Source of the DNA: Cetorhinus maximus
Taxonomy: Eukaryota
NCBI RefSeq assembly: GCF_964194155.1
Contig: NC_135898.1
Coordinates: forward strand, 17,918,001-17,982,000
Reading direction: 5' to 3'
Length of the DNA: 64,000 nucleotides
The position numbers and the translations under genes are program-made. The notes under the pieces are model-generated. The model did not search any database. It had not been told where the DNA came from and was given only the letters and a program-made list of their open reading frames with translations. Every line of letters begins with the position of its first letter. The stretch's first letter is position 1. Shown here piece after piece: positions 23,401 to 35,123 of the stretch.

Positions 23401-24790
23401 ATGACATCAAGCATACTTTGTGTCAAAGTGTGCATACTTGTGTCAAACAGATGCCAGTTTGGTACCCTCAGGGCACTTAGAGCACTCAAAAAGCAGGCAC
23501 TATTGAGTGCAATTTCTTGCCCATACCTTTTTCGGATTCAAAGGTTCCACTGCCCATTTTGGAAGCTGGCCTTTGGTTCACTGGAAAAAAGACTTCAATA
23601 TTTGTTTTTTTAGCTAATTTTTTCAAGTTAAATAAAGACCTAAGTTGTTTTATTGATAGCCTAGATAGTGAGATCATACTTGACAAGACACCTCATCAGT
23701 GGCAGAACAAGAGTTCATGTAACTGTTAGACAAGATATTTCCAAAACCAAATTGAAGGGAAGTAGACATGCCCTTGGAACAGTAACCCCAGGCCACCCAC
23801 TCATTTCATTACATACATGTGGCACTTTAAGTGACAGCCTTAGGCTAATATCTGAAAACAATTTAAATAATAACACTGTTCAGGCATGTAACATCTTAAT
23901 TAGATAATGTTTTGAAGTTTTAAATAGTTAAGCCATAGGATTTTAAATTAAAGAAATTGTGCGTATTTGGATGCTGCATTCAGTTAAACTGTCACATATG
24001 GTAAACTAACTTTAAAGATAAACTAAACTTTACAATCTCATTTCTAACTGAAAGTACTGAAACAGTTTCATAAGCATAATATATAAGTGAGTAACAAACA
24101 AATAAAATGATAGCTCAGAGAATAACCAACAACTTAAAAATTACTTTGTGTTACCCCTTGAAATATTTTGTCTGTTTCAGTTGCACTTAATACCTTCTCC
24201 AAATACACCATATTCTCAGTTCACCATGAAGTTTTTATGCCACCTAGCTGCTGATATTCCAATAAACTGGATTAACCAGCGCACACAGCACTATGGAATC
24301 TGTTTTCACTATGATAGTTGCTGGAGTGTAGAGAATTAAATGGGAAGAAAAACCTTTGTACACCAAGATTGTGGGTGGTCTGTGCCACTTCTAACAATTG
24401 AATACCTCTGAAACAACTAATCAGCTTAATGTACTGCATTTATTGAAACCAGACTTTTTTTTAACTTGATTTCCCTTGTGTTAATTTCCCTGAAAATATC
24501 ACAAGTGCCAAGACTATATCTGGCTTTCAGGCTTCTTTGACCACCAGAGTGTTTTCAATTAATATAACTGCTTTTTAAGCTAATGAAAAGGTCCCTGATA
24601 TATTTCAGAATGTGTAGTGCTGCAGATAAAAATACAAATTTAAAGAGTGACCATCAAAACCTGAGAAGTTAACTTCCATAAAATGCCAACTATAAGTTCA
24701 AGAATTCCAATGTTTATAACATCTATTCACAAATAGCATCTTTCAGAAAACCTGCACATGAATTATACTTACACTAAGCAAAAATGTCTT

Positions 24791-25024
24791 TCCCGTACCC
24801 CAGTGAGAGTCAGTGTGTGTGGAACAGAGCCTCAGTGAGAGTCGGTGCATGTGGAACCCGTACACCAGTGGGAGTCAATGTGTGTAGAACCGGTACACCT
24901 GTGAGAGACAGTGCATGTGGAACTGTACCCCACTGGTGTCAGGGCGTGTGGAACCCGTACACAACTGAGAGTCAGTGTGTATGGAACTGCACCCCAGTGA
25001 CAGCCAGTGTATGCGGAACCTACC
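24791..25024. repeat. Minisatellite, ~32-33 bp unit, ~7 copies
   Basis: Consensus approximately GGAACCCGTACCCCAGTGAGAGTCAGTGTGTGT, repeated head-to-tail with no spacers. Confidence 0.92.
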
Positions 25025-25062
25025 AAGTATAGTAACTAGTATTTCTTTACTTGAAGGACTAG

Positions 25063-26712
25063 GGGCTGAATTTTTGGCAGAGCTCATAGATTTCAGTGCA
25101 CGAATGGCCATACTTAGTTTTTTTAAGGAAATCTGATTTTCCTCTGCATTCCTGATCTCACAACATTTTTCTCCGACATTTTTTGTAAGTTTGGAATGCC
25201 TAGTGTGCAAAACGCAAACCTGGCCCTGCTGAAGTTGGGTTCCCCAATTTAACTGGGGGACGAAAATTGGATTTCCTCCTGCACACCATTTTCATCTGGT
25301 GGTGTGGGGTTGTGGAAGCCCATTAAAAGCTCAGTTGTTTGAGAGGTCGTGAAGAAGATGAAAAACCTGATAGGGAGTCTGGAATATTCTGAAAGGTAAG
25401 TGTCAAGTGTCATCATACCCTCAAATGTCACTATTAGGTGCTGTATTGTAATTTAGATGTGTTTTAATTCAGTGATTACCCTTGTGTTAATGATTTTTGG
25501 CAGAGCTCATAGATACATTTCAGTGCATGAATGGCCATACTTAGTTTTTTTAAGGAAATCTGATTTTCCTCTAGGGAACTGTCCATCAAAGGTAAGTTGA
25601 CCTTTACATTGACCAACCTTGTGTATTTGTTTACATGCATTGCCGTACTTTTCCAATGGAGAAAGCACCATAATACACTGAAAAATGTAGCAAAATATCC
25701 TGTCTGCCTGTGCTGTCATCTTTTCGTCTGTAATTTAAATGGCACTGGCTGATTTTAAAAAAGCCTGGTTTTGATGCTTGAAAAAAGTCTAACCATCTGC
25801 TTCTCTACATTGATTAACAGGCACTCTGCTTTGAAATTGAAATGAGCACCTGTTCTTTCCTTCCCAGAGAGTAGTCTCTTATTTGAACAGCTGTAGCGAT
25901 TATCAATGCTTGACTGAGTTTCAAGTGCTTATGGGTTTCAGCACTGCAGGTGTTCCATTCTCCTGAGAATGCATGATATTTTCAAGAAGTTGTAATAACA
26001 AATAGTGCTTTTGACGTGGTTTCTGGTTTGTTGACACAAGATAACAGGATTACAAGGTTTTTTTTCACATGCCAAAATGCATTTTTTTTCTCAGATTCAG
26101 TGATATGGAGGTTTTTATTAGATGTTGAGAGCTTCATTTCCTCCCACCGCTCCTCCAAGGAATGTAACATATTTTCCATTGATATTTCATGGAATCTGAG
26201 GACTGTACACAGTGCATACTGGGTGAGTGGCTATGCAAGATACATGGATGGCAGAGGGGTGACATTGGTGATCTAAGGGGCCATGGAAAATACATGGGGG
26301 CATAGAGGTGGCATGGAATGGCACAAGCAGGGGACGTAGGCAAAAATGGTGTGTAGGAGGAAATCTGATTTTTGTCCCCCAGTTAAATTGGGGAACCCAA
26401 CTTCCTGGACATGGTCTGGCATGGGAGTGGTTAGAAGGGTGAGAGAAATGAGAGGTGAGGTTTCGGAGGCCTTTAAACACTGTTGGGAGCTGGGATGCTG
26501 TTATGGAGAACCGAGTAGAGCCTTCTAACTGGACCTCCTCCACATCCACACTCCTCCAACACTGGTTTGTGTCTCACAAACTGCACCGCGAACCCGACCT
26601 TGATGTAAGAAACAAAAATGGCATGTGAAGTCACACATGGGTCGGGTGTGCAATTTGCGAGTCCTGCAAGTGCACAGATCAGGTTTCCCAAGTCTGGGGG
26701 AAAATCCATTCT
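25063..26712. mobile_element. Rearranged Harbinger-like non-autonomous element(s)
   Basis: Left end GGGCTGAATTTT and degenerate right end AAAATCCATTCT. Internal 62-bp inverted repeat (25231-25292 / 26343-26404) and ~76-bp direct repeat (25070-25145 / 25493-25572). Confidence 0.5.
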
Positions 26713-26851
26713 AATGATCACATTAGACTAAAAGTACAAAGAAACAAATACTTTTCTATTTTACAGGCTCATATCCCTCCCAAACAGTAACTAAAATAGT
26801 TTGAAAATTTCTGAGACCCTTGAACTTGTCTGTCTGAACTCGATTTTATAA

Positions 26852-27236
26852 TCCTCACCCTCGATTTCATGTCCCTCGGCTCTTCCTATGTCTATAAACT
26901 CCTCTAGCCCTACAACTCTTTGAGCTTTCTGTGCTCTTCCAATTCTGGTTCCTTGCCCACCTCTGGTTTTCTTCAGAACTCTAAAACTGGCACCCATGCC
27001 TTCAGCTGTCTAAATCTGAAGCTCTGGAATTACCTCCCTAAACTTCTCCACTCTTTATCTCTACCTCTGCCTTTAAGATGCTCCTGGAAAACCACTTCTT
27101 TGCTCAAGCTTTTGGTTCCCTGTTGTCATATCTCCTTCTGTGGCTCAGTGTCAAATTTTGTTCAATAGTGCTACTGTGAATCACCTTACAACAATAGACT
27201 ATGTTAAAAGTGTTATATAAATGCAAGTTGTTGTTG
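26852..27236 (+). mobile_element. L2 LINE 3' fragment
   Basis: AFSCL..KLWN.LP motif and tail TATATAAATGCAAGTTGTTGTTG. Confidence 0.8.
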
Positions 27237-28555
27237 AACAATAAGATTTCCAATAATGCAGCTCTAAAGGGACATGTGACTTATTCAATGTTTCAATGTG
27301 CATCATTACAACATTGCAAACGCTGGTCTTCTCCCTTGATGCAGAGACAGTATTCAATTAGGTAGAGTAGCACCTCTTAGCCCCTTTACTCAAATTGATG
27401 ATATTTCACAAAGCATTCAGACAACAAATTTAGATCCTGAACACTGTGTTGTCCAATAAAGTTGATAACGAGCCAAAGGTGTGGCTATGATGACACTGTT
27501 TTTGGCTATATGCATTAATTTTAGTTGAAATGGTTTACACACAAGTAAGTATACTTCACAGGCGTATGCGTACTTAACAAATATCAACCGCCATTCAGTA
27601 ACTAAAATTGTAAAAAAAACTTATTCAATCAAAAAATAGTTGCGCATTCTGCCTTTCATTTTACCATTTTACCAACAAACATGCAAAAAGGTGCAAGTAC
27701 AAATGCATAAGCATGAAACTAAGTATTGAGGCCACATTACCAACAATGGTGACTTTTTAAAAAAAAAATTATTCACCAGGAATACAATTAACCACATCAG
27801 GATTCTCAATTAATCTCATGTGACTATGGCTAACTGGACAACGCTGACTTACTGCTTCATCCTCAGGATTGATAGTTTCAGTTCCCTTGCATTACACATA
27901 GAAGCACAGGCAGAGATCAATCCAAAAATATTTAAAGAACATGGATGCAGTGCAAGAAGGCATTTAATGGTCTGACATAAGTTGTCAAAGTGAGTTCATC
28001 TTCAAATGTCATATAACACCGACTGCACCATGAGCCTCATCCACCTACCAACAATATGTATCAATCATTACTCAACCCTTCGTTCCATATTTATCTCACC
28101 CTCACAGTTAGTACAGTTGCAAAACACACACCCACAACTCAAAGCTCTTACAGATTGGCAATTATTCATCATGACAGCCACATCACCAAACATACTGCAG
28201 GACACCCACTGGCACACTTAACTCTTTCTTGCAGGGGAACATGACGCATAATTGGAGGCAGCAGGAACAGACTGCAGGAGGACAGGCATGCCTGGATGTT
28301 TAAACTCCCATGGAGGAGACCATGCTAATCATAAGAAAAGACATCACTGAGGCTGTGGTCACTTGTGGAGCTGAAGGGTGCAATGATGCATTTATAATAT
28401 TTATAATATAGAATTGGGTCAATTCATAGTTGCTTCAATTTCCTTTATTATGGAGCAGATTGTTCTTTTCACAATGTATCTGCACATGCAGCCCTCCTTC
28501 TCTGATCTCACTTCCCTGATCTCACTTCTCCCTTATCTTGAATTCAGTAGTAATA

Positions 28556-29341
28556 AGTCCACTGAGACTCAGAGTTTTTTTTTTACAAAACTAAATTAAA
28601 CATTTATTAATAAAAGAAATAATTTTAAGCACATACATAGGTCTACAAATTACTACTATGATAACTCCTAGCTCCCCTAATTGATCTAACTCCCAGTTAC
28701 ACCTCCGTTAAGGAAACAGTAAAAAACAAGATAGGTTTAAATAGACCCTGGCAAAGCACACAATACCCTGGACAGTGATATTTAAAATGAATTCTCTTAG
28801 CTTAGGTTCCTGGAGACAACAGCTTGGTACATAGAGGCTGGAGGCTTTTCACACTTGTTAGATCTTAGAATTCCTTCCTGCTTACACATAACTTCATCTC
28901 CTTAATCATGTTTCTCCCTTTTTAATGTAAATCCCATTGTTCCAATATGTCCTTGCAACTTTACTTTTTCCATAATATAAATCTTTCATAGTACTCATAT
29001 TATCAGAAATCTTTGGGAAAAATAAACGCACTGCTTGGCTTAGCCTCTGTTGGCTAGGTGTAACACCTTACCATCTCTTTGAAATTCACAACTCTGGTTT
29101 AGCCAAAAATGCAAATGTTCTTCACACTTACATTCTAAAACTTCAGCCATGTTTATGTATTTAGCATTTCAAACCTGGTTTCCCTTCTAATGCATCAAAA
29201 CACCCAGACCACCTGTCTGTAATTCAGTTAGAACCCATACACACGCACCTACACACAGAGAAATGAACTCAACCCCCACTATTAACCTACCTTTACAATA
29301 AATTACAATAATATTATGGAAATTATTATATTTTCATGACA
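28556..29341 (-). mobile_element. LTR-like fragment
   Basis: Begins TGTCATGAAAATATAAT on the minus strand, with AATAAA near the distal end. Interrupts the Myb remnant. Confidence 0.5.
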
Positions 29342-29384
29342 ATGGGCCATGCCGCTTTTAATATTCTGAAAATGAGAAGGGGAT

Positions 29385-29810
29385 GTACTGATCTCAGCAA
29401 TAAGAAGTCCAGTGACACTTTTGGGATTTTAAAAATTAAAAGTAAAAGTTTTATTAATAAGAGTAAAAGAAAACTTAAGCATACAAGAGTACAGATAGAC
29501 AGTTAAACTTAGTCTTACAAAATATTCCCCCAAAGAGACTCTCTACTTGGTCAGACCCACAAGTAAACACCTTCCAGGCAACACTCTCTTATAGATGTTT
29601 AATTATTAAAAATCCAATAATATTACTCAAGGCAAGCTGCTGTAGCTTCAATAAAGGCATACCACATGAAATGTAACTTTCTTCCATTCTGCTGTGAAAA
29701 CCCAAACTTCAGAATAAAACTGTATTTTGCAGCCTAAGACTCTTCTGGCTTGACTGGATGGTTGATTCAAACTGCATTCTCTCTCTGCCACACCTCCAGC
29801 TATATCTTTA
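29385..29810 (-). mobile_element. LTR-like fragment
   Basis: Ends ...AGTACA on minus with AATAAA ~70 bp upstream. Organisation resembles 28556-29341 and 35124-36346. Confidence 0.35.
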
Positions 29811-31376
29811 CCATAAACAGAAGAGATGAAGAGACACTGTCACTCGTAGCAACGGAGACTGACGCAGCATATTTCAGAGGCTAGGATAAGGTGGGATCTC
29901 TGTGTGGTAAAAAACCGGGCACAAGTATGCTGAGCCTAGGGCAGGGGAAAGGACCACATGTGATAGCTTTCTGGAGAGCAAAGTTATGCTCACGTTCTAT
30001 TGCAGAGGAGCCAGGTGCATACTTTGATGGACCAGACAACAGAAGAAGGCTGATAAATGTATATAACCAACTGCTTTGTGCACTGTAAAGCCTGCAAGAA
30101 GCCTGCACATAATGACAATGAGCATGGAGATGTCCAGTATCAACTTGGCACACAGCTTTGCGCAGATCTTGGAGCCCATCCGTTACAATATAAAATAGGT
30201 GGTCACCACCATTAGCATACCTGCTGAAGCCACCATGATACAGCATTTGTGACCTGTGTCACAGCTTTCATTGCAGCACAAACAGTATCTATCAAAGATC
30301 TACATACTATAGTGGAAGTTCAACTTTTGCCATCAGACTCTTTTGCCAACAGGTCTACCACTATTCAATGAGGCTTCCAGGGTCCCACATCAGTCCATTA
30401 TTCTATTCTCCAACAGGTCACTTGGATCGCTGAGGTGTCAGCCCAGGAGAATGGTAGTGGTGCATGGAACATGAACTTGCTGCCCTCTCTCAGGAAGAAA
30501 GTTTTCCTGTTCCTACCTCTGCCGCCAGTGGCTTTTTTATTGTCCGTCAGCCAGTCAGCCCAGACGACCCAGGCCAAGATGTTTTGGTATGAAGTCAAAC
30601 TTGCTAAGGTGCAGAGCTGCTTGAGGTCACCCTCTGAGGCCATCTATAGCACCCTCAGTATCCTTACAGCTTTCCACCACCGCATAGAAGTCAGCCATGA
30701 AGGGAATTCACAATGGTGATTAGTTTATTATTGTATCCATTATGCAAGAGTGAATTTATAAAATTGGATGGGAATGTGTATTTTCGGGTGGCTTTTATTT
30801 TTGTGTTGTCTTGAAAAGGGCAATGTGATGGTCAGTCATAGAGGAAAGGTGAGGAATGTGGGACTGTTGGTGAATCGGGAGGTATGGTTTATGTCACTAG
30901 TATCACTCATGGGGCAGAATTTTACTTCCCGCAGGCAGGTGCGCGCCCAAACTGATGCTGTTGGGTGAGAGTCCCAATGTCATCATGTAATCAAGCATTA
31001 TTTTGGTCAGTGGGTGCCAGAGCTGTGCCTTCCATTAATTAAGAGGCCACTTAAGGCCATTGAAAAGCCAATTGACGGCGATTTTGCGCTCGTTGCACGG
31101 GCAAAACGAGCAGGCGACCTGCTGACAATTTCAAAAACCTCATCCACGGGCAGGATAAAAAGGGTGAGCAGTATTGCCAGTGTCAGTAGTGAGGAGTTTG
31201 GTACATAGTTTGCTATTGCTGACATATTGGTACTTGGCAGCTTCATCACTGTTCAGGGCTTCACTGTTAGCAGTTCCAGGCTTCATTTCAGGACTTACTG
31301 GTTTTTTCAAGGTCCCAGGACGATTCAGACTGTGTGGACCCTTCCAGGTATCAGAAAGCCTTCCATTGCCCTGGTA

Positions 31377-32580
31377 ATGGTGATTGTGGTCTCTGCTGGT
31401 GGCACCTCCTCTGAGGAGGAAGAGAGGGGCAGAAGTGAGAGGAGGCCAGGTGCCCCAATTCAGCTTCCAGGGAAGGGACCTGTGTGAGGAGAGGCGCAGG
31501 CACAAGGGGCGCAGGGCCAGCAGGAAGTCCAACGCGAAAGGCAGAAGACACCACTATCCTACTGCTAGATTTTATAGGTGGCGATGCAGCTACCTCAATA
31601 TGCCTGAGGTGCAATGCCGAAGGAGGCTCTGCCTCTCAAGGGAGACAGTAACCTCCATTTGCCAGATGATTGGGCCTGAGATCAACTCTGACTGTGTGGG
31701 TGGACACCCCATGCCAGTGGCTCTGAAGGTCACAGTGGCCCTCAACTTCTATGCCTCTGGCTCTTTCCAAGGGTCAGTGTGGGGATCTGTGTGGAGTCTC
31801 ACAGTTTCATCAAGCTGGTGACAGAAGCTCTGTTCAGGCGGGTACTGACCTTTATTCTTTACCATACGGACAAGGCCAACCAGGCTGAGCAAGCCAAAGG
31901 CTTCGCAGCGATTGCTGGGTTCCCCCGCGTCCAGGGTGCAATCAACTGCACACATGTGGACATCAAGACGCCAATGGGTCAGCTGGGTGCCTTTGTCAAC
32001 AGGAAGAGATTCCACTCCATGAACATGCAGATAGTGTGTAATCACAGGATGCTGATTCTGAAAACCTGTGCAAGGTACCCTGGCAGCTCCCATGATGCTT
32101 ATACCCTGCGACACTCCCAGGTGCCGAGGCTCTTCAGTGCTCCAGCCCAACTGGATGGATGGCTGCTGGGTGACAAGGGCTATCCCTTGAAATGGTGGCT
32201 CAGGACGCCTCTCCGCCAGCCAAGAACAGAGGCTGAGCAGTGTTACAAGTCATGCCTCCGCAAGGGCGATGACAGAGAGGACCATAGGTCTTCTCAAGAT
32301 GGACTTCAGGTGCCTGAACCATTCAGGGGGTGCACTACAATACCCCTCAGAGCGGGTGTCACTGATAGTGATTGCATGGTGTGCTCACCACAATCTGGCA
32401 CTGGCAAGGGGGGACCCACTGGAGGAAGAGGATCTTGACACAGCTGCACAGGCCACAGATGATGAGTCCAGTAGTGAGTCAGGAGAGGAACACGGTGAGG
32501 AGAACGCTGAGGGCGCGGAGGCAGGCCTCTGAATCCTTCAGGACACCAGGGACGCCTTGATCCAACACTCCTTCAGCTAG
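31377..32580 (+). pseudogene. Harbinger transposase (HARBI1-like DDE_Tnp_4), frameshifted
   Basis: Motifs SYLNMPEVQCRRRL, PVALKVTVALNFYASGSFQ, GFPRVQGAINCTH, YPGSSHD, GWLLGDKGYPL and ERTIGLLK.FRCL..SGGALQY, spread over several frames. First catalytic Asp reads as Asn. Confidence 0.93.
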
Positions 32581-32911
32581 GCTGTCAAAAATCAGCTTCA
32601 GCCTCATGCCAGGGCTGCCGCCTCCATCCCGGATGTCTGAAATGACCCTTTTATTTGCACCCAAATTCCACTCAATGCCTGTGCAATAAAGTATCAAGCC
32701 ACTCATGTCCAGCATTACATACTGGTGTACCCTGCACCAGAAAGAAAAAATATGTAGCATACTCAGGCCATCAGAACCAAAGAAAATTTAATGTTATCAT
32801 CACATTGAAATCATTATGACATTACAATTACTGGTGTTGATGTCCACACCAGCAGACATATAAGCCAAACATAAATGAACAGAAAATCACCCGTGAATGC
32901 CCCTCTCATGC

Positions 32912-34808
32912 TCATGGTGCCTTAAACTTATGTTTGAGAGTGCTGCGTCTTGGTGCCCCCGACTGCTGCCAGCCCCCCTCCGCCTTGCTGGCACCAGCAT
33001 TGGAGGCAGCCTGCTGACTCTGGTGTCTTGTTGGCCTTGATGACCTTGGCGGTTGTCCTCTGGCCAGTGGAGCCTGTGCTGGCCCCACCTGGGAGGGAGC
33101 GGCCAGTGCCCTGGCTGCCATCTCCCCAGTCATCGCAGCCACATCAAATGCGACAGTCACTGGCAGAGGGGCGGAGGAGCTGCTGCGATCATCCAGAGAG
33201 CCCTGAGAGGAGCCCGCAGAGAAGACACGCAGCTCATGCGCCAACGTGAGATTGCTCTAGACCTGCCTGCTTACCATGGATGGATGGGCACCTAGCTGGG
33301 ATACTGGGTGCCTAATCTATCTTCCACACTGGCACTGACCACCTGAGATCATTGCCTGTGTGAGGGATTGCAGGTCCAAGTGCAACCCCAGGAACCCTTC
33401 ATTCTGTCCCTGGAGCTGCCTCTCCATAAGAGTTGCCACTCTCTTAGTGGAGGAGGCAGTGCGCTCGGCCATGAGGGTCAACGTCGTGCTCACACTCTGC
33501 ATGGACTTCTCCACAACGGAGACCATGGCACACAGACCCTCATGGATCTCCACCAGATACTCCTGCACATCCCATTAGACATCCAGCATGTGCTGCCTAC
33601 GACTCCAGAGACTCATCATCTGCCTTCAACTGAGCATCGTCCTGGTCCCCAGCAGCCCAGCAGCTGCTGGCACCTTGGGCACTCTCTGCCTCCACATGCA
33701 CCTCAAGTGAGTGTGAAGTGCCCTCAACAATGTGCACCGACATTCTAGCCGCTGATCTAATGCCTTCCGAGCTGCTGGTATGTGCGCTGGCGCCTGCTTC
33801 AAAGAGCGGGTGTGACGCAGGTGCGAATGAAGCCCAGTGGCCCTCCGGCCTCAGTGGTGGCCCTTCAGGCCCCACAGAGCAATTGCGTGCTGGTGAACCT
33901 AAAAGGGAGAACAAGGACATCTCATTCGTTAAAGTCACCACACTGAGAAGGTGCATGCCAGGCACCCTGGTGAGACAATGGAGATCTGCATCATGGTGCC
34001 ATCGTCTTTCAATGATCAATGGGGACTCTAGGTTTGAGGCTCCCACCAATGAAGAGACTACATTAGAACGGGTGCACAATCTGAAACTCTCACCTCTGTG
34101 CTCTTACCTTCGTCGGGCACCCCCGCCTCTCCATGCCTGTTTGCATGGGGAGCGTGCCGACTCTCAAGCTCTAGGGCGCCCTTCTCGAATCTGCTGAGCA
34201 GCAGCAGGTTGGGCGGGCCTCTGCCTGTATGTGCCCTCTCTGCTTGGTTATGGCTTGTCTTCTCCTGAAAGGACAGAGGAGCATTGATTGGTCTACTCTC
34301 TACCTCCAGCGCCATTGCAGCCAACCCCAGCTGAGGAACACCTCACAGGGCACATCTGAGTTGTGGCCCTCGAACTGCAAGGCACTCAGTCGAAGCAGCC
34401 AGGGCTCACCCCCTTGACCAGCTCTGTCGTCACTGACAGTTGGCAATCAGACTCTAGCACCCCTGAGGCCCACAGGGGGACAGCCACACATTAACACTTC
34501 TGCACACTGATTCATGCCAACACAGTACTCACCCATCCTTAGCACAGCAGGTCATTGAGCTGCTTCTGGCACTGCACCCAGGTGTGCCGCATCATGTCAT
34601 GGCTGCTCACCAGTGCTGCCACTTCCTCCCATGCCCTCTTTGTGAGGTGCAGTGGCCTTCTCCTCCCATTTCTGGGGACAAGGGTGTCTTTCCTGACAGC
34701 CATCTCCTCCAGCAGGACCGCGAGGCACTCATCCAAAATGCAGGGGGCCGAGTGCCCACCCGACCTGCCCTCCCGCCTGGCGTCTCCAGCCGCTCTCAAC
34801 TCCATCAA
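32912..34808 (-). pseudogene. Harbinger Myb/SANT (trihelix-like) DNA-binding protein gene, 3 exons (34808-34533, 34264-34108, 33898-32912)
   Basis: Exon 1 LAVLLEE...RKDTL.P...AWEEVA..VSS...TWVQCQKQLNDL. GT-AG junctions GTGAGT, TTTCAG, GTAAGA and TTTTAG. Exon 2 EKTSHNQAERAHTGRG. Exon 3 is Ser/Pro-rich with a coiled-coil segment. Contains stops and frameshifts. Confidence 0.88.
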
Positions 34809-35123
34809 GAGAATGCAGAACAGACGTCATTCTGTGGCAGCCTTTCTGGGGCTTCCTGGGCCGTTTTTAAACTGACCGCCAGGACGCCATTGGAGCAGCG
34901 AGGAGCCACGTTTCATGCTGGGCGAGCCCACGGGGGCCGATCATGGGCAGTGGGCTGTTTCCCGACCGCTCCTGGTCCCACCAACCACACCCGCCTGCCA
35001 ACCTCAAAATTCTGCCCATGAAATATTTGATCATTTAAAGGCTGAGCAGAAAGGGACTGTCTATGTTGTGGTCTCCCTTCCTCTCCATTTTTTTTCACTC
35101 ATTCCTGGAATGTGTTATTATCC

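Larger units (their letters stand above)
27925..30730 (+). pseudogene. Decayed Harbinger Myb/SANT gene (3 exons) interrupted by LTR-like insertions
   Basis: Exon-1 end WMQCKKAFNGLT*VVK|GTGAG (~27940-27990). Exon 2 follows TTCTTGCAG at ~28234 (NMTHNWRQQEQTAGGQ...TPMEE). Exon-3-like segment at 29815-30720. Confidence 0.65.
30912..35017 (+). mobile_element. Full-length PIF/Harbinger DNA transposon (inactivated)
   Basis: Perfect 12-bp TIRs GGGCAGAATTTT (30912-30923) and AAAATTCTGCCC (35006-35017). 3-bp TSD ATG (30909-30911, 35018-35020). Contains convergent transposase and Myb genes. Confidence 0.95.

Noticed and set aside
24791-25024. Regular ~33-bp repeats as a CRISPR array
   Set aside because: Units are contiguous with no unique spacers, there are no cas genes, and the context is eukaryotic.
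31377-32580. Domesticated HARBI1 gene
   Set aside because: It has frameshifts and a D-to-N catalytic change, and lies inside TIRs and a TSD. It is a transposon copy.
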